64,000 nt of DNA, taken from positions 159,035 to 223,034 of the forward strand of contig CP174360.1 of assembly GCA_045401155.1 (NCBI GenBank), in the 5' to 3' direction. Made by a program: the position numbers and the translations under genes. This stretch comes from Candidatus Minusculum obligatum (lineage in GTDB: Bacteria > Patescibacteriota > Minisyncoccia > Phycocordibacterales > Phycocordibacteraceae). Positions 1 to 9,719 of the stretch are shown one piece after another (positions within the stretch are counted from its first letter, which is position 1; every line of letters starts with the position of its first letter). The notes below the pieces were generated by a model. That model was not told where the DNA came from. It worked only from the letters and a program-made list of their open reading frames with translations, and did not search any database.

Positions 1-1
1 A

Positions 2-1735
2 CACAAACCACACAAACCATACACCACATGGTTCCTTCTAGGATCTCTTGGATTTTTCGTACTTGCAGTAATCGTTTCAGCAATCCTAATCCTCCAGGGA
101 GGACGAACCGTATCTCCAAAGAATATTCAGCTAGATGTAGAGCTGCCACCTGCGATTGCATCAGGGGAGAGTATTAAGATTGAAGCAAAGGTAAAAAATA
201 CAAATCCTGTAAGCCTTCCATTTGCAGAACTTACCGCTACCTTCCCAGAGGGAACACGTGAAGCAGATGACGTAAGTAAAGAATTACAATACAAAACCAT
301 TTCTCTTGGACCACTAAAACCAGGACAAGAAAAAGATCTTCTACTTGAAGGTGTGCTTTTTGGAGTTGAAGGAGAGGAAAAGGAAATTAAACTGCGTCTT
401 GAATTTAGACCAGAGAACTCAAACGCTATTGTGGTAAAAGAGGAAACCTATCCAATTATTATTAGTAGCGCACCACTTGCGGTAGTCCTTGCCGCACCTG
501 AAGAAGTGGCGCCAGGTGAGCGCTTCACGACAACCATCACGGTACAAACAAACTCAGAAGAATCAGTACCAGATGCGACACTTCTGCTCGAATACCCATT
601 TGGCTACTCTGTACGCGATGCATCTCCAACAGCTGACCTTGCAAATAACGTATGGAATCTAGGAACCCTAAAGCCTGGAGAGAAGAAAGAAATAACCGTA
701 ACAGGAGATATCACCGGAAACTCTGGAGATGAGCGATACATCCGCGCATACATTGGAACAGATCTCTCACCTGGAGGAGGATCTCTTGGTCTTATTTACA
801 TGGAGCAGGATGTGAAAGTGGCGCTCGTAGATAGCCAATTAGCAATCTCACTATCTCTCGATGGAAACGCAAACGACACATATACCGCACAAGCAGGGGA
901 TGATATCACCGCACGTCTAACCTGGAAGAATAATCTTGATTCACAAATCTTCGATGGAGAAATCACCATTGCATTTACAGGAGATGCCATCGACACTAAT
1001 AGAATCTCAATTAGTCGAGGATTCTACCAAGCACAAAACAATACAATCGTATTTAATCGAGACACAAACTCAGAACTACAAACGATTGATCCAGATGAGC
1101 GGGGAACTATTACCTTCACCATCCCAATTAAACAAACCGCAGACCTGCAAAGCCTACGCAACCCATCTCTTTCAATTGTAGGAACGATTGCAGGAAGGGA
1201 AGTCGGAAGTGGGTCACCATCTATCATTTCAAATAAGACAGAGCGAGAAGTACAAGTGGCCTCAGCACTAAGTCTAAACAGTACGCTCACCAGAACAATC
1301 GGAGCCTTTAGTAATATCGGACCATGGCCTCCGGTGCAGGGACAAACAACCACATACACACTGACCCTTGTTGCAAATAACACGACAAATACTGTCGCAA
1401 ACGCGCAGGTGCGATTTGTGCTGCCATCGTATGCAACATACACACAAGCAAAATCACCTCTATCTGCAAATGTAAGCTATGACGAGCGAACAGGAGAAGT
1501 AATCTGGAGTATCGGCGAGATTGCCTCACACAGTCAGAAATCTGTAGCACTACAAATTGGTATCACCCCAAATCAATCACAAGTAGGACAAACACCACAG
1601 GTAGTGGGGCAGCAAATTCTTGAAGGATTTGATCGATTCATACAAAATACCGTGCAAACGGTAGGGACATCAAAAAATACTGCAATTACTGATGATCCAG
1701 CATATACTGGAGATAAAGGCGCAGTTGCAAACTAA
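2..1735 (+). CDS. Membrane-anchored beta-rich protein with DUF11/Ig-like repeats (5'-truncated by window edge)
   Basis: Frame is open from position 2 (HKPHKPYTTWFLLGSLGFFVLAVIVSA, a TM segment), followed by repeated W-x-LG-x-L-x-PG DUF11-like motifs; stop TAA 1733-1735. Confidence 0.7.
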   Translation, partial: HKPHKPYTTWFLLGSLGFFVLAVIVSAILILQGGRTVSPKNIQLDVELPPAIASGESIKIEAKVKNTNPVSLPFAELTATFPEGTREADDVSKELQYKTISLGPLKPGQEKDLLLEGVLFGVEGEEKEIKLRLEFRPENSNAIVVKEETYPIIISSAPLAVVLAAPEEVAPGERFTTTITVQTNSEESVPDATLLLEYPFGYSVRDASPTADLANNVWNLGTLKPGEKKEITVTGDITGNSGDERYIRAYIGTDLSPGGGSLGLIYMEQDVKVALVDSQLAISLSLDGNANDTYTAQAGDDITARLTWKNNLDSQIFDGEITIAFTGDAIDTNRISISRGFYQAQNNTIVFNRDTNSELQTIDPDERGTITFTIPIKQTADLQSLRNPSLSIVGTIAGREVGSGSPSIISNKTEREVQVASALSLNSTLTRTIGAFSNIGPWPPVQGQTTTYTLTLVANNTTNTVANAQVRFVLPSYATYTQAKSPLSANVSYDERTGEVIWSIGEIASHSQKSVALQIGITPNQSQVGQTPQVVGQQILEGFDRFIQNTVQTVGTSKNTAITDDPAYTGDKGAVAN

Positions 1736-1736
1736 T

Positions 1737-3092
1737 ATGGCAGACCACGAGGTAACACTAGAAGAGATTGTATCTCTCGCAAAAAGACGCGGATTTATTT
1801 TCCCTGGATCTGAGATCTACGGGGGACTAGCTGGTACCTGGGACTACGGGCCACATGGCGTAACGCTAAAGAACAACATCAAGCGAATGTGGTGGAAGCG
1901 CTTTGTAGATGATCGGGAAGATATCTATGGGGTAGATGCTGCAATCTTGATGAATGAAAAGGTGTGGGAAGCGTCAGGACACGTGGCTGGATTCTCTGAT
2001 CCACTCGTAGAAGATTTAAAAACAAAGAAGCGATACCGCGCAGACCATCTCCTTGAAGAGGCAAACATCAATCCTGCAGGAATGGACCTTGAAGAGATGA
2101 CCAAGGCAATCAAAGAGAACAATATTCTTTCTCCAGATAAGAATGAACTCTCAGAGGTACGGCAATTTAATATGATGTTTAAGACTGAGGTAGGAGCACT
2201 CGGAGGACAGTACTCATACCTGCGACCCGAAACCGCTCAAGGTATTTTTGTAAACTTCAAAAATGTAGTGGATTCAATGCAGCCAAAGATGCCATTTGGT
2301 ATCGCGCAAATTGGAAAAGCATTTCGTAATGAAATTACACCTCGAGAATTCATCTTCCGTGTACGAGAGATGGAGCAGATGGAGATTGAGTACTTCGTAC
2401 ATCCAGATGAATGGGAGAAGAGCTTTAATCATTTCCTAAATCAACTACGTGAGTGGATGGAAGATATTGGACTTACCAAAGGTCGCGTACATGAGGTGGA
2501 CATCGCAGAGGAAGATCGTGCGCACTATTCAAGTAAGACTATTGATATTGAATTTGATTTCCCATTTGGACAGCGAGAACTATACGGTCTTGCATACCGT
2601 ACTGACTACGATCTTAAAAAACACGCAGAGCATTCAGGAGCTAAACTTCAATATCGAGATGACGTAAAAGGAGAAGTATTCACGCCACACGTAATCGAGC
2701 CATCTCTTGGTCTTGATCGAACATTTCTTGCAATTCTTACCTCTGCATATACAAAGGACACCGTAGGTGGGGAAGAGCGCGCATACCTAAAGCTTAAAAA
2801 AGATCTCGCGCCTGTACGTGTGATGGTCTCACCACTTCTAAAGAACAAGCCAGAGCTACAAGAGAAAGCTCGAGAAGTGTTTTCAATGCTTAAGAAGGAA
2901 TTTGGAAACGTAATGTATGACGATAACGGAAATATTGGAAAGCGATACCGTCGACAAGATGAAATTGGAACGCCGTATTGTGTGACCATTGATTTTGAAA
3001 CCCTAGAAGGGCAAGGCGTAACCGTACGAGATCGAGATACCGCAGAACAAGAGCGTGTAGATATAGACGATCTTATTTCAAAACTCTCATGA
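1737..3092 (+). CDS. glyS: Glycine--tRNA ligase, homodimeric alpha2 type
   Basis: KRRGF..GSEIYGGL, YLRPETAQG, AQIGKAFRNEITP, GNIGKRYRRQDEIGTP motifs; ATG at 1737, one base after the upstream stop. Confidence 0.97.
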   Translation: MADHEVTLEEIVSLAKRRGFIFPGSEIYGGLAGTWDYGPHGVTLKNNIKRMWWKRFVDDREDIYGVDAAILMNEKVWEASGHVAGFSDPLVEDLKTKKRYRADHLLEEANINPAGMDLEEMTKAIKENNILSPDKNELSEVRQFNMMFKTEVGALGGQYSYLRPETAQGIFVNFKNVVDSMQPKMPFGIAQIGKAFRNEITPREFIFRVREMEQMEIEYFVHPDEWEKSFNHFLNQLREWMEDIGLTKGRVHEVDIAEEDRAHYSSKTIDIEFDFPFGQRELYGLAYRTDYDLKKHAEHSGAKLQYRDDVKGEVFTPHVIEPSLGLDRTFLAILTSAYTKDTVGGEERAYLKLKKDLAPVRVMVSPLLKNKPELQEKAREVFSMLKKEFGNVMYDDNGNIGKRYRRQDEIGTPYCVTIDFETLEGQGVTVRDRDTAEQERVDIDDLISKLS

Positions 3093-3104
3093 TAGTATAG
3101 GGGC

Positions 3105-4154
3105 ATGAAAAACACCCCTATTAACATTTCAATCACTACAGGAGCAGTCATCAAGATCCTCCTTATTCTTGTGGGAGCATATACGCTCTACATTTTGCGT
3201 GATCTAGCGCTCCTGGTTATCACCGCTATTGTATTGGCCTCAGCTGTTGAGCCAGGTGTCGATTTCTTTAGACGACGACTACGCGTACATCGCGTAATAG
3301 CGGTGCTATTTACATACCTATTGGTATTTGGATCTATATTTGGAGCCATTTACTACTTCTTGCCACCGGTACTCGATGAGGCACAGTCATTTATTGGACT
3401 GTTGCCGCAATACCTTGAGACTATCCAGCTTCCAACTTCAATTGGAAACCCTGGATTTATTGCAGCTGAAACCACAAGCGCTAAGACAAGTATTCTAGAT
3501 TCACTTCTTGCATTACAATCTTCATTTGCTGATACCGGAGAGGGAATTGTGCGCCTGCTTGCCACAGTCTTTGGAGGTATCTTCTCACTTATTCTTACGA
3601 TTGTACTTTCATTCTACTTTGCGGTACGAGATACCGGTATTGATGACTTCCTAAAGCTTATTACACCCGTAAAGCATCAAGAATATGTGCTTGGACTATG
3701 GCGACGATCTCAAAAGAAGATTGGACTATGGATGCAAGGACAGCTCATGCTCTCACTCATTATTGGAATCTTGCTCTACCTCGGACTTACAATCCTTGGC
3801 GTGCCGTACGCACTCTTGCTCGCAGTCTTTGCTGCAGTGCTTGAGCTTATTCCTGTATTTGGGTCTATCATCGCTGCGATCCCAGGAGTTATTGTGGCGC
3901 TTGTAGATGGAGGACCAACACTCGCACTTATTGTTGCCGCACTCTTCTTGATCGTAAACCAATTCCAAGGAAACCTTATCTATCCTTTGGTGGTGAAGAA
4001 GGTGATCGGCGTACCACCACTACTTGTGATTCTCGCACTTATTGCAGGAGGACAATTGGCAGGATTTATTGGGGTAATCCTCTCAGTACCTATCGCAGCC
4101 GGAATCCAAGAACTCGTACACGACTTCCAGCAAAAGCGAAAAAGCTCCTCGTGA
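3105..4154 (+). CDS. AI-2E family transporter (PerM-like)
   Basis: Multi-TM protein with ELIPVFG, QFQGNLIYP and GVILSVPIAA motifs. Confidence 0.9.
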   Translation: MKNTPINISITTGAVIKILLILVGAYTLYILRDLALLVITAIVLASAVEPGVDFFRRRLRVHRVIAVLFTYLLVFGSIFGAIYYFLPPVLDEAQSFIGLLPQYLETIQLPTSIGNPGFIAAETTSAKTSILDSLLALQSSFADTGEGIVRLLATVFGGIFSLILTIVLSFYFAVRDTGIDDFLKLITPVKHQEYVLGLWRRSQKKIGLWMQGQLMLSLIIGILLYLGLTILGVPYALLLAVFAAVLELIPVFGSIIAAIPGVIVALVDGGPTLALIVAALFLIVNQFQGNLIYPLVVKKVIGVPPLLVILALIAGGQLAGFIGVILSVPIAAGIQELVHDFQQKRKSSS

Positions 4155-4205
4155 TTGACTTTTTGTAAATTCATTGTACTTTGATGCTAGGAAAGGGGGT
4201 GCAAC

Positions 4206-4541
4206 ATGGAGCACTCATTTGAGTTATTTTTTGCCCTTTGTATAGGGCATGCCGTCGTCGATTACGGACTGAGCACCGAGTATGTTGCCCTCGGCAAATC
4301 ACACAAGAACCCCGTGGGTAAAGGTGTGTGGCCGTGGGTTCTGCTCGCACACTCGCTCATGCATGCCGGCGTAGTGTATACCATCACCGGGTACTGGATC
4401 CTGGCGGTGGGAGAGCTTCTGCTGCATGCGATCACGGATTACCTGAAGTCCGACGGCAAAATCAACTATCACGTTGATCAATCAATCCACTATCTCACAA
4501 AAGGTCTCTGGGTCTACATGACCCTCTATGTCCTCTCGTGA
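4206..4541 (+). CDS. DUF3307-like small membrane protein
   Basis: GHAVVDY, AHSLMH, HAITDYLK and VDQSIH His/Asp motifs; own TTGACT-16-TACTTT promoter and GAAAGGGGG SD-like motif. Confidence 0.75.
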   Translation: MEHSFELFFALCIGHAVVDYGLSTEYVALGKSHKNPVGKGVWPWVLLAHSLMHAGVVYTITGYWILAVGELLLHAITDYLKSDGKINYHVDQSIHYLTKGLWVYMTLYVLS

Positions 4542-4608
4542 AAACCAGATGGAGGGAGCGGAGCAGCAATGCTTCGCTTTTCTTTTTAATAATGCTACGC
4601 TCAAGGGG

Positions 4609-6030
4609 ATGGCAAATCGCTACATAACAACTACACTTCCGTACGTAAACGCAGATCCACATGTGGGATTTGGACTTGAAATCGTACAAGCAGACTTCCT
4701 CGCTCGGTACTGGAGACTAACTGGAGAAGATGTATTTTTCACAACCGGAACAGATGAGCACGGACAAAAAATCTTCCAAAAAGCACAAGAAGAGGGGAAA
4801 GACGTACAAGCGTACGTAGATCATTACGCCAATGAGTTTAAAAAGCTAAAGGAGGCACTCAATCTTTCAAATGACGCATTTATCCGCACAACAGATGAAA
4901 AGCACATTAATGCTGCACAAGAAATCTGGAAGCGCTGCGAAGCAAATGGAGATATTTATAAAAAGAAGTACAAGGGACTCTACTGTGTAGGAGATGAGGC
5001 ATTTCTAAAAGAAAATGAATTGGTAGATGGAAAGTGTCCAAACCATCCAACAATGGATCCAGTTGAAATTGAAGAAGAAAACTATTTCTTTAAGTTTAGT
5101 AATTACCAAGACAAGCTACTGAAGTATCTTGAGAATGAAGAGGTAATCATTCCAGACTGGCGTCGTAAAGAGGCAATTGAGTTTGTAAAAAATGGTCTTG
5201 AAGACTTTTCTATCTCTCGTGAAAAAGAACGGCTCTCTTGGGGCGTGCCCGTACCTGGAGATGACTCACAAGTAATGTACGTATGGTTTGATGCGCTTAC
5301 CAACTACATCTCGACACTAGATTGGCCAGAAGGAGAACACTTTAAAAAGTACTGGGAGAATGCGCATGTACTACAAGTAGCAGGGAAGGATCAGGTACGA
5401 TTCCAATCACTTATCTTCCAAGCGATGCTCCTGTCAGCTAATGTAAAGAATACTGATCAAGTCTTTTACCATGGCTTCATTACCTCAAATGGACAGAAGA
5501 TGAGTAAGTCTATTGGAAACGTAATCTCTCCATATGAGCTTATCGAAAAATACGGAACCGATGCTACGCGGTACCTGCTTCTTCGACATGTGCATCCTGT
5601 AGATGATTCAGACATTACGTGGGAGAAACTAGATGAGTGGTATACCGCTAACTTGGTAAATGGAATTGGAAATCTAACCGCCCGCATCACCAAGCTTGCA
5701 GAAACACACCTAGAAGGGCCAATTGAAAAACCAGACGCAGAAACATTCCCAAGTGAGTACACATCTGCAATCGATAACTTTAAATTTAATGAAGCACTCG
5801 ATTACATCTTTAAACGAGTGGGAGATCTCGATAAGCGAATCACAGATGAAGAGCCATTTAAGGTAGTAAAGACAGATCTAGAAAAGGGAAGAGAGTTAAT
5901 TAAGGAATATATGGAGGAACTTTATGTAATTGGACGACTGCTCAATCCAGTTATGCCTGAAAGCTCAAATATAATTAAAGAGTCAGTACTCAAGAACACA
6001 AAACCAGAAGGACTCTTCCAACGCCTTTAG
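4609..6030 (+). CDS. metG: Methionine--tRNA ligase (short form, no C-terminal OB domain)
   Basis: YITTTLPYVNADPHVG, TGTDEHGQK, YVWFDAL and KMSKS motifs; ATG at 4609. Confidence 0.97.
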   Translation: MANRYITTTLPYVNADPHVGFGLEIVQADFLARYWRLTGEDVFFTTGTDEHGQKIFQKAQEEGKDVQAYVDHYANEFKKLKEALNLSNDAFIRTTDEKHINAAQEIWKRCEANGDIYKKKYKGLYCVGDEAFLKENELVDGKCPNHPTMDPVEIEEENYFFKFSNYQDKLLKYLENEEVIIPDWRRKEAIEFVKNGLEDFSISREKERLSWGVPVPGDDSQVMYVWFDALTNYISTLDWPEGEHFKKYWENAHVLQVAGKDQVRFQSLIFQAMLLSANVKNTDQVFYHGFITSNGQKMSKSIGNVISPYELIEKYGTDATRYLLLRHVHPVDDSDITWEKLDEWYTANLVNGIGNLTARITKLAETHLEGPIEKPDAETFPSEYTSAIDNFKFNEALDYIFKRVGDLDKRITDEEPFKVVKTDLEKGRELIKEYMEELYVIGRLLNPVMPESSNIIKESVLKNTKPEGLFQRL

Positions 6031-6031
6031 T

Positions 6032-6136
6032 ATGCAAAACAAAACCACAATCATAATCCTTGTAGTACTCGCAATACTTTTTGCATGGATTGAACTATCT
6101 GTGGGACTTTTTAGTACTCCGTGGGCAGGGTCATAA
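6032..6136 (+). CDS. 34-aa single-TM small protein (MQNKTTIIILVVLAILFAWIELSVGLFSTPWAGS)
   Basis: ATG one base after the metG stop (TAG-T-ATG); hydrophobic helix; below the ORF-track cutoff. Confidence 0.6.
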   Translation: MQNKTTIIILVVLAILFAWIELSVGLFSTPWAGS

Positions 6137-6181
6137 TATGAAATAGAAGACCGCCTACGGAAGCGCTCTTCCATAGGCGGT

Positions 6182-6478
6182 TTAGGCGAAGGTGTACCCC
6201 TCCCATTGAACATCACCGCAATTTTTGCAGGTATGGGCCTTTACGTCGTTCATACATTCACCGCCGTGTCCCCACGTGTAGCCGCAGGTGTCACATGTGT
6301 GAAAGTGATGTTCCAAAAATGCTTGATTGTGTTCGTGATGCTCGCGAAGCATCTGTTCGAACGTCTCAATCATCTCTTGAACTTGCCGCTCTCTTTGCCG
6401 GCGCAGGTAACGCCTTCGTACATATGAGAGAAGTAGGCAAAGAGCGCCGCCAAGTAGCGCTGAAAACAGCAGTCCCAT
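6182..6478 (-). CDS. ORFan: N-terminal TM helix, coiled region, C-terminal His/Cys-rich putative metal-binding domain
   Basis: HTCDTCGYTWGH...C...HTCKNCG; own TTGACA-18-TATAGT promoter, GAAGAGGGA SD-like motif, GC hairpin after the stop. Confidence 0.65.
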   Translation of the reverse strand: MGLLFSALLGGALCLLLSYVRRRYLRRQRERQVQEMIETFEQMLREHHEHNQAFLEHHFHTCDTCGYTWGHGGECMNDVKAHTCKNCGDVQWEGYTFA

Positions 6479-6579
6479 GGTGTGTCCCTCTTCAGATTGA
6501 AAGTTCTATAGGCTCTTTTAACTATACAACATAAACTAATCAAGTGTCAATTTATACTTGATTATGCTACAGTCCACCT

Positions 6580-7350
6580 ATGAAATACATCGACACACAC
6601 TGCCATCTCCAATTTGACGCATACGATGAAGATCGAGAGGAAATCATCAGTCAAATGAAAGAAAACGACATCCATGCCATTACCGTGGGTGTAGATTTTA
6701 ATTCCTCAAAGCAAGCAATCGAACTTGCACAAAAACATAATCATATCTACGCAACGGTAGGAATGCACCCATGCTATGTGGCAAAAGAAGAATTTGATAA
6801 GGAAGCATTTCTAGAAATTACTAAAGACAATACTGTGGTTGCAATAGGAGAGTGCGGACTCGATTACTTCCGAGAAGAAGACAAAAACGTACAAAAACTC
6901 CAAAAAGAAGTATTCATACAGCAGGTAGAGATTGCACAGGAGCTTCAAAAACCCCTAATGATCCACGGACGCCCAAGCAAAGGAGCATACGATGCATATG
7001 AAGACATCATCAAAATCCTTAAAGACTACAACGTAACCGGAAATATTCACTTTTTCGTAGGAAGCAGTGAGATTCGGGATCAATTTGAAGAATTAGGATT
7101 TACAGTATCAGTAACAGGCGTAATCACCTTCACGGATGACTATAACGACATGGTAACGGCTGCAAAACAAGATTTTCTCCTCGCAGAGACTGATTCTCCA
7201 TATGTTGCGCCAAAACCACATAGGGGAGAGCGAAACTCAGCGTTAAACGTGGTGCACGTATACAAGAAAATAGCGGATCTTTGGGAAATGGAGGAGGAAG
7301 AAGCGCAAAAAATCCTCACGGCTAATACAAGGCGTATTTTTGGCCTATAG
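6580..7350 (+). CDS. tatD: TatD family DNase
   Basis: IDTHCH, GMHP, AIGECGLDY and ETDSPY motifs. Confidence 0.95.
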   Translation: MKYIDTHCHLQFDAYDEDREEIISQMKENDIHAITVGVDFNSSKQAIELAQKHNHIYATVGMHPCYVAKEEFDKEAFLEITKDNTVVAIGECGLDYFREEDKNVQKLQKEVFIQQVEIAQELQKPLMIHGRPSKGAYDAYEDIIKILKDYNVTGNIHFFVGSSEIRDQFEELGFTVSVTGVITFTDDYNDMVTAAKQDFLLAETDSPYVAPKPHRGERNSALNVVHVYKKIADLWEMEEEEAQKILTANTRRIFGL

Positions 7351-7391
7351 CATTGCACAGCCACCCCCTATGTGCTAATGTGCTCCCACAT

Positions 7392-7853
7392 ATGGCAGAT
7401 ACTGAAGCAGTACAGAACGACGAGATCTCAGTGTATGAGGCGGCATTTCATATTGATGCAAACCTTTCAGAAACTGAGGTAAAGAAAACCTTTGATGGAG
7501 TAAAGGAGGTGGTAGCAAATGCAGGGGGAACACTTATCGCTGAGGCACTTCCTGAGCGTATGAATCTTGCATACACTATCTCATCTATTACTGAGGGAGT
7601 ACGACGAGACCACAATAGTGCACACTTTGCGTGGGTTGCGTACGAACTTTCTCCTGAAAAGGCAGAAGCGGTACAGGAAGAATTGCAAAGCAATAAAGCT
7701 ATTATCCGTCACCTTATTACTACAACTACAAAAGAAGAGGCTCTCTATGCACAAGACCGTGCAGCAGAGAAAATGTCTGTAGCAAAGGCTCCTGAGTCTG
7801 AGGAGGTTTCAGATGAAGAGCTTGATGAGGTGCTAGAGGAAACAACCGCGTAG
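7392..7853 (+). CDS. rpsF: 30S ribosomal protein bS6 with acidic C-terminal tail
   Basis: YE..F, LAYTI and IIRHL motifs; rpsF-ssb-rpsR synteny. Confidence 0.9.
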   Translation: MADTEAVQNDEISVYEAAFHIDANLSETEVKKTFDGVKEVVANAGGTLIAEALPERMNLAYTISSITEGVRRDHNSAHFAWVAYELSPEKAEAVQEELQSNKAIIRHLITTTTKEEALYAQDRAAEKMSVAKAPESEEVSDEELDEVLEETTA

Positions 7854-7854
7854 T

Positions 7855-8292
7855 ATGTACATCAACAAGGCACTTATTTACGGAAACCTAACACGAGACC
7901 CTGAGGTAAAGGCACTTCCTTCAGGATCTCAGGTTGCATCATTCTCAGTTGCAACAAACCGAACCTACAAGGATCAGAACGGACAGCAGCAGGATGCAGT
8001 GGAGTACCACAACATCACTATGTTTGGCCGACAGGCTGAAGTTGCAGGTCAGTATCTAAAGAAAGGACGTCCTGTATTTATTGAGGGGCGCCTTCAGACT
8101 CGCAATTGGGAGAAAGATGGTGTAAAACACTATCGAACTGAAATTGTTGCAGACCGATTCCAATTTGGACCATCTGCACGAGGAGGAGAGGGAGCGCCTG
8201 CTGCAAACCCAGCAGATGAGCAGCCAGCTCCATCAGGAGATGCAATCCAGTACCCAGATGAAGACATTAATCCGGAAGATATTCCATTTTAA
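7855..8292 (+). CDS. ssb: Single-stranded DNA-binding protein
   Basis: INKALIYGNLTRDPE, VFIEGRLQTR motifs and C-terminal EDIPF. Confidence 0.98.
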   Translation: MYINKALIYGNLTRDPEVKALPSGSQVASFSVATNRTYKDQNGQQQDAVEYHNITMFGRQAEVAGQYLKKGRPVFIEGRLQTRNWEKDGVKHYRTEIVADRFQFGPSARGGEGAPAANPADEQPAPSGDAIQYPDEDINPEDIPF

Positions 8293-8302
8293 TAATTGAG
8301 AT

Positions 8303-8503
8303 ATGGACGACGAGAAAAAGACAATGGATACACCACGATTTGTGGACTACAAGGATACAGACTACCTAAAGCAGTTTGTGAATCCACACGCACGTATCAA
8401 TAACCGACGACGTACACGAGTATCTGCACGCCGACAGCGAGAAATCACTCAAGCTATCAAGCGCGCACGATTCATGGCACTGATGCCGTACATCGCTCGA
8501 TAA
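8303..8503 (+). CDS. rpsR: 30S ribosomal protein bS18 (Cys-free type)
   Basis: VDYKD..L, QREITQAIKRARFMALMPY. Confidence 0.95.
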   Translation: MDDEKKTMDTPRFVDYKDTDYLKQFVNPHARINNRRRTRVSARRQREITQAIKRARFMALMPYIAR

Positions 8504-8504
8504 T

Positions 8505-8530
8505 AAAAAGCACCCGGAAGGGTGTTTTTT
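8505..8530 (+). terminator. Intrinsic terminator of rpsF-ssb-rpsR
   Basis: AAAAAGCACCC-GGAA-GGGTGTTTTTT. Confidence 0.85.
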
Positions 8531-8566
8531 AAAACAGAAACGCCCAGCGGACGTTTCCGCTAGGCG

Positions 8567-8773
8567 TTAGGGGTAAAAATCAAGGCTGATCCCGCTGAAG
8601 TAAAAGTCACACACGTTGGTTTTGGGTGAGATAATCTTGTGCCCAACCAAAACAAACGGCATAACAACCAAAGCTGCAAGAATTGCAACAATGATAACCG
8701 CAACCATGAGGATGCCGATGCACAGCAGGAAAAAGTAGCCTATGGTTTTCAGAAGATCTACAAATAGCTTCAT
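8567..8773 (-). CDS. ORFan small membrane protein (68 aa)
   Basis: MKLFVDLLK... long hydrophobic stretch; GAAAGGAG upstream of ATG 8773; GC hairpin at the stop. Confidence 0.55.
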   Translation of the reverse strand: MKLFVDLLKTIGYFFLLCIGILMVAVIIVAILAALVVMPFVLVGHKIISPKTNVCDFYFSGISLDFYP

Positions 8774-8844
8774 CAGAATACTCCTTTCCCAATTCAGAAG
8801 ATAATACAAATAAAAAATAAGCGCAATGCGCTTATAAGGTGTCT

Positions 8845-9125
8845 TGGAGATGAGGCTGTGCACGCAGCCTCATCTCCATATGTCTGGAAAGATATTCATC
8901 AGACTGACGATGGGAACATAACTCCACCGGGCTGGCTGAATCTTGTTGCAAGAGGCTCAAATGAGCAGTGGCGCCCCTCAGGGCGCCGCCTAGTACGCTG
9001 CTCCGACAAGATCTCTTTATTGAAGCGGGCGGAATAACTTCTTTAACTTGATGATTGCCGGAAATCATCAAGTTTTGACCTGAGACCAAACCGTCCCTGA
9101 CCAATGTGCGTACCAGGCTCTGCGA
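8845..9125 (-). ncRNA. Unassigned structured RNA candidate (long irregular hairpin with central bubble; 6S-like architecture)
   Basis: Multiple nested stems whose G-U pairs work only on the minus strand; TATACT -10-like element just upstream; 14-bp closing hairpin at 8845-8878; no credible ORF. Confidence 0.55.
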
Positions 9126-9142
9126 GAGAGTATATAGTAACT

Positions 9143-9718
9143 CTACGCTTTATCAACCCGCTCCACGTACTCACCATTCTCTGTATTGATACGCAGTACG
9201 TCTCCCTCATTGATAAATAGGGGAGTTGTAACAACCGCGCCACCTTCAAGTACCACTTGCTTAGAACCACCCTGCGCAGTATTTCCGCGAACTGCAGGTG
9301 GCGCCTCAACTACCTCAAGCTCAACCTTAATTGGAATACGAATAGAAATAATTTCATCCTCAAAGGTAACCGCCTCAACAGATTCATTCTCCTTAAGCCA
9401 CTTCACCTTATCTGCCACAGAGTCCTCAGGTAGGGTAAAGCGATCACCCTTATCTCCTGCGCTATGGAACCAGCTTTCACCACGATTGGTATATAGGTAC
9501 ACTACTTCTTTTACAGAAATATCAGCTTCTTCTGCCTTGTCGCTTGCATGAAAGGCATTCTCAATAACGCGCCCAGAGATAAGGTGCTTGAGCTTTACTT
9601 GGTTTTGCGGCTTGCGCTGCTGCTTACGTGCTACGTGAGAGGAAATAACCTCATACGGCTCTCCATTAAATACAATTACTTTCTTTGGAGTAATCTCGTT
9701 ATACGCTAGTGTTGCCAT
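9143..9718 (-). CDS. efp: Elongation factor P
   Basis: PPAVRGNTA, LEGGAVVTTPLFINEGD and INTENGEYVER motifs. Confidence 0.95.
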   Translation of the reverse strand: MATLAYNEITPKKVIVFNGEPYEVISSHVARKQQRKPQNQVKLKHLISGRVIENAFHASDKAEEADISVKEVVYLYTNRGESWFHSAGDKGDRFTLPEDSVADKVKWLKENESVEAVTFEDEIISIRIPIKVELEVVEAPPAVRGNTAQGGSKQVVLEGGAVVTTPLFINEGDVLRINTENGEYVERVDKA

Positions 9719-9719
9719 A

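Noticed and set aside
6150-8569. GC-rich hairpins after ORFan stops (6150-6181, 8540-8569 and similar) as integron attC sites
   Set aside because: They are only ~30-36 nt, lack proper RYYYAAC/GTTRRRY ends, and no integrase is present. They are better explained as terminators.
8893-8906. CTGATGA on the minus strand as a hammerhead ribozyme core
   Set aside because: No correctly placed GAAA and stem II/III follow, and the bases fit better in the long closing stem.
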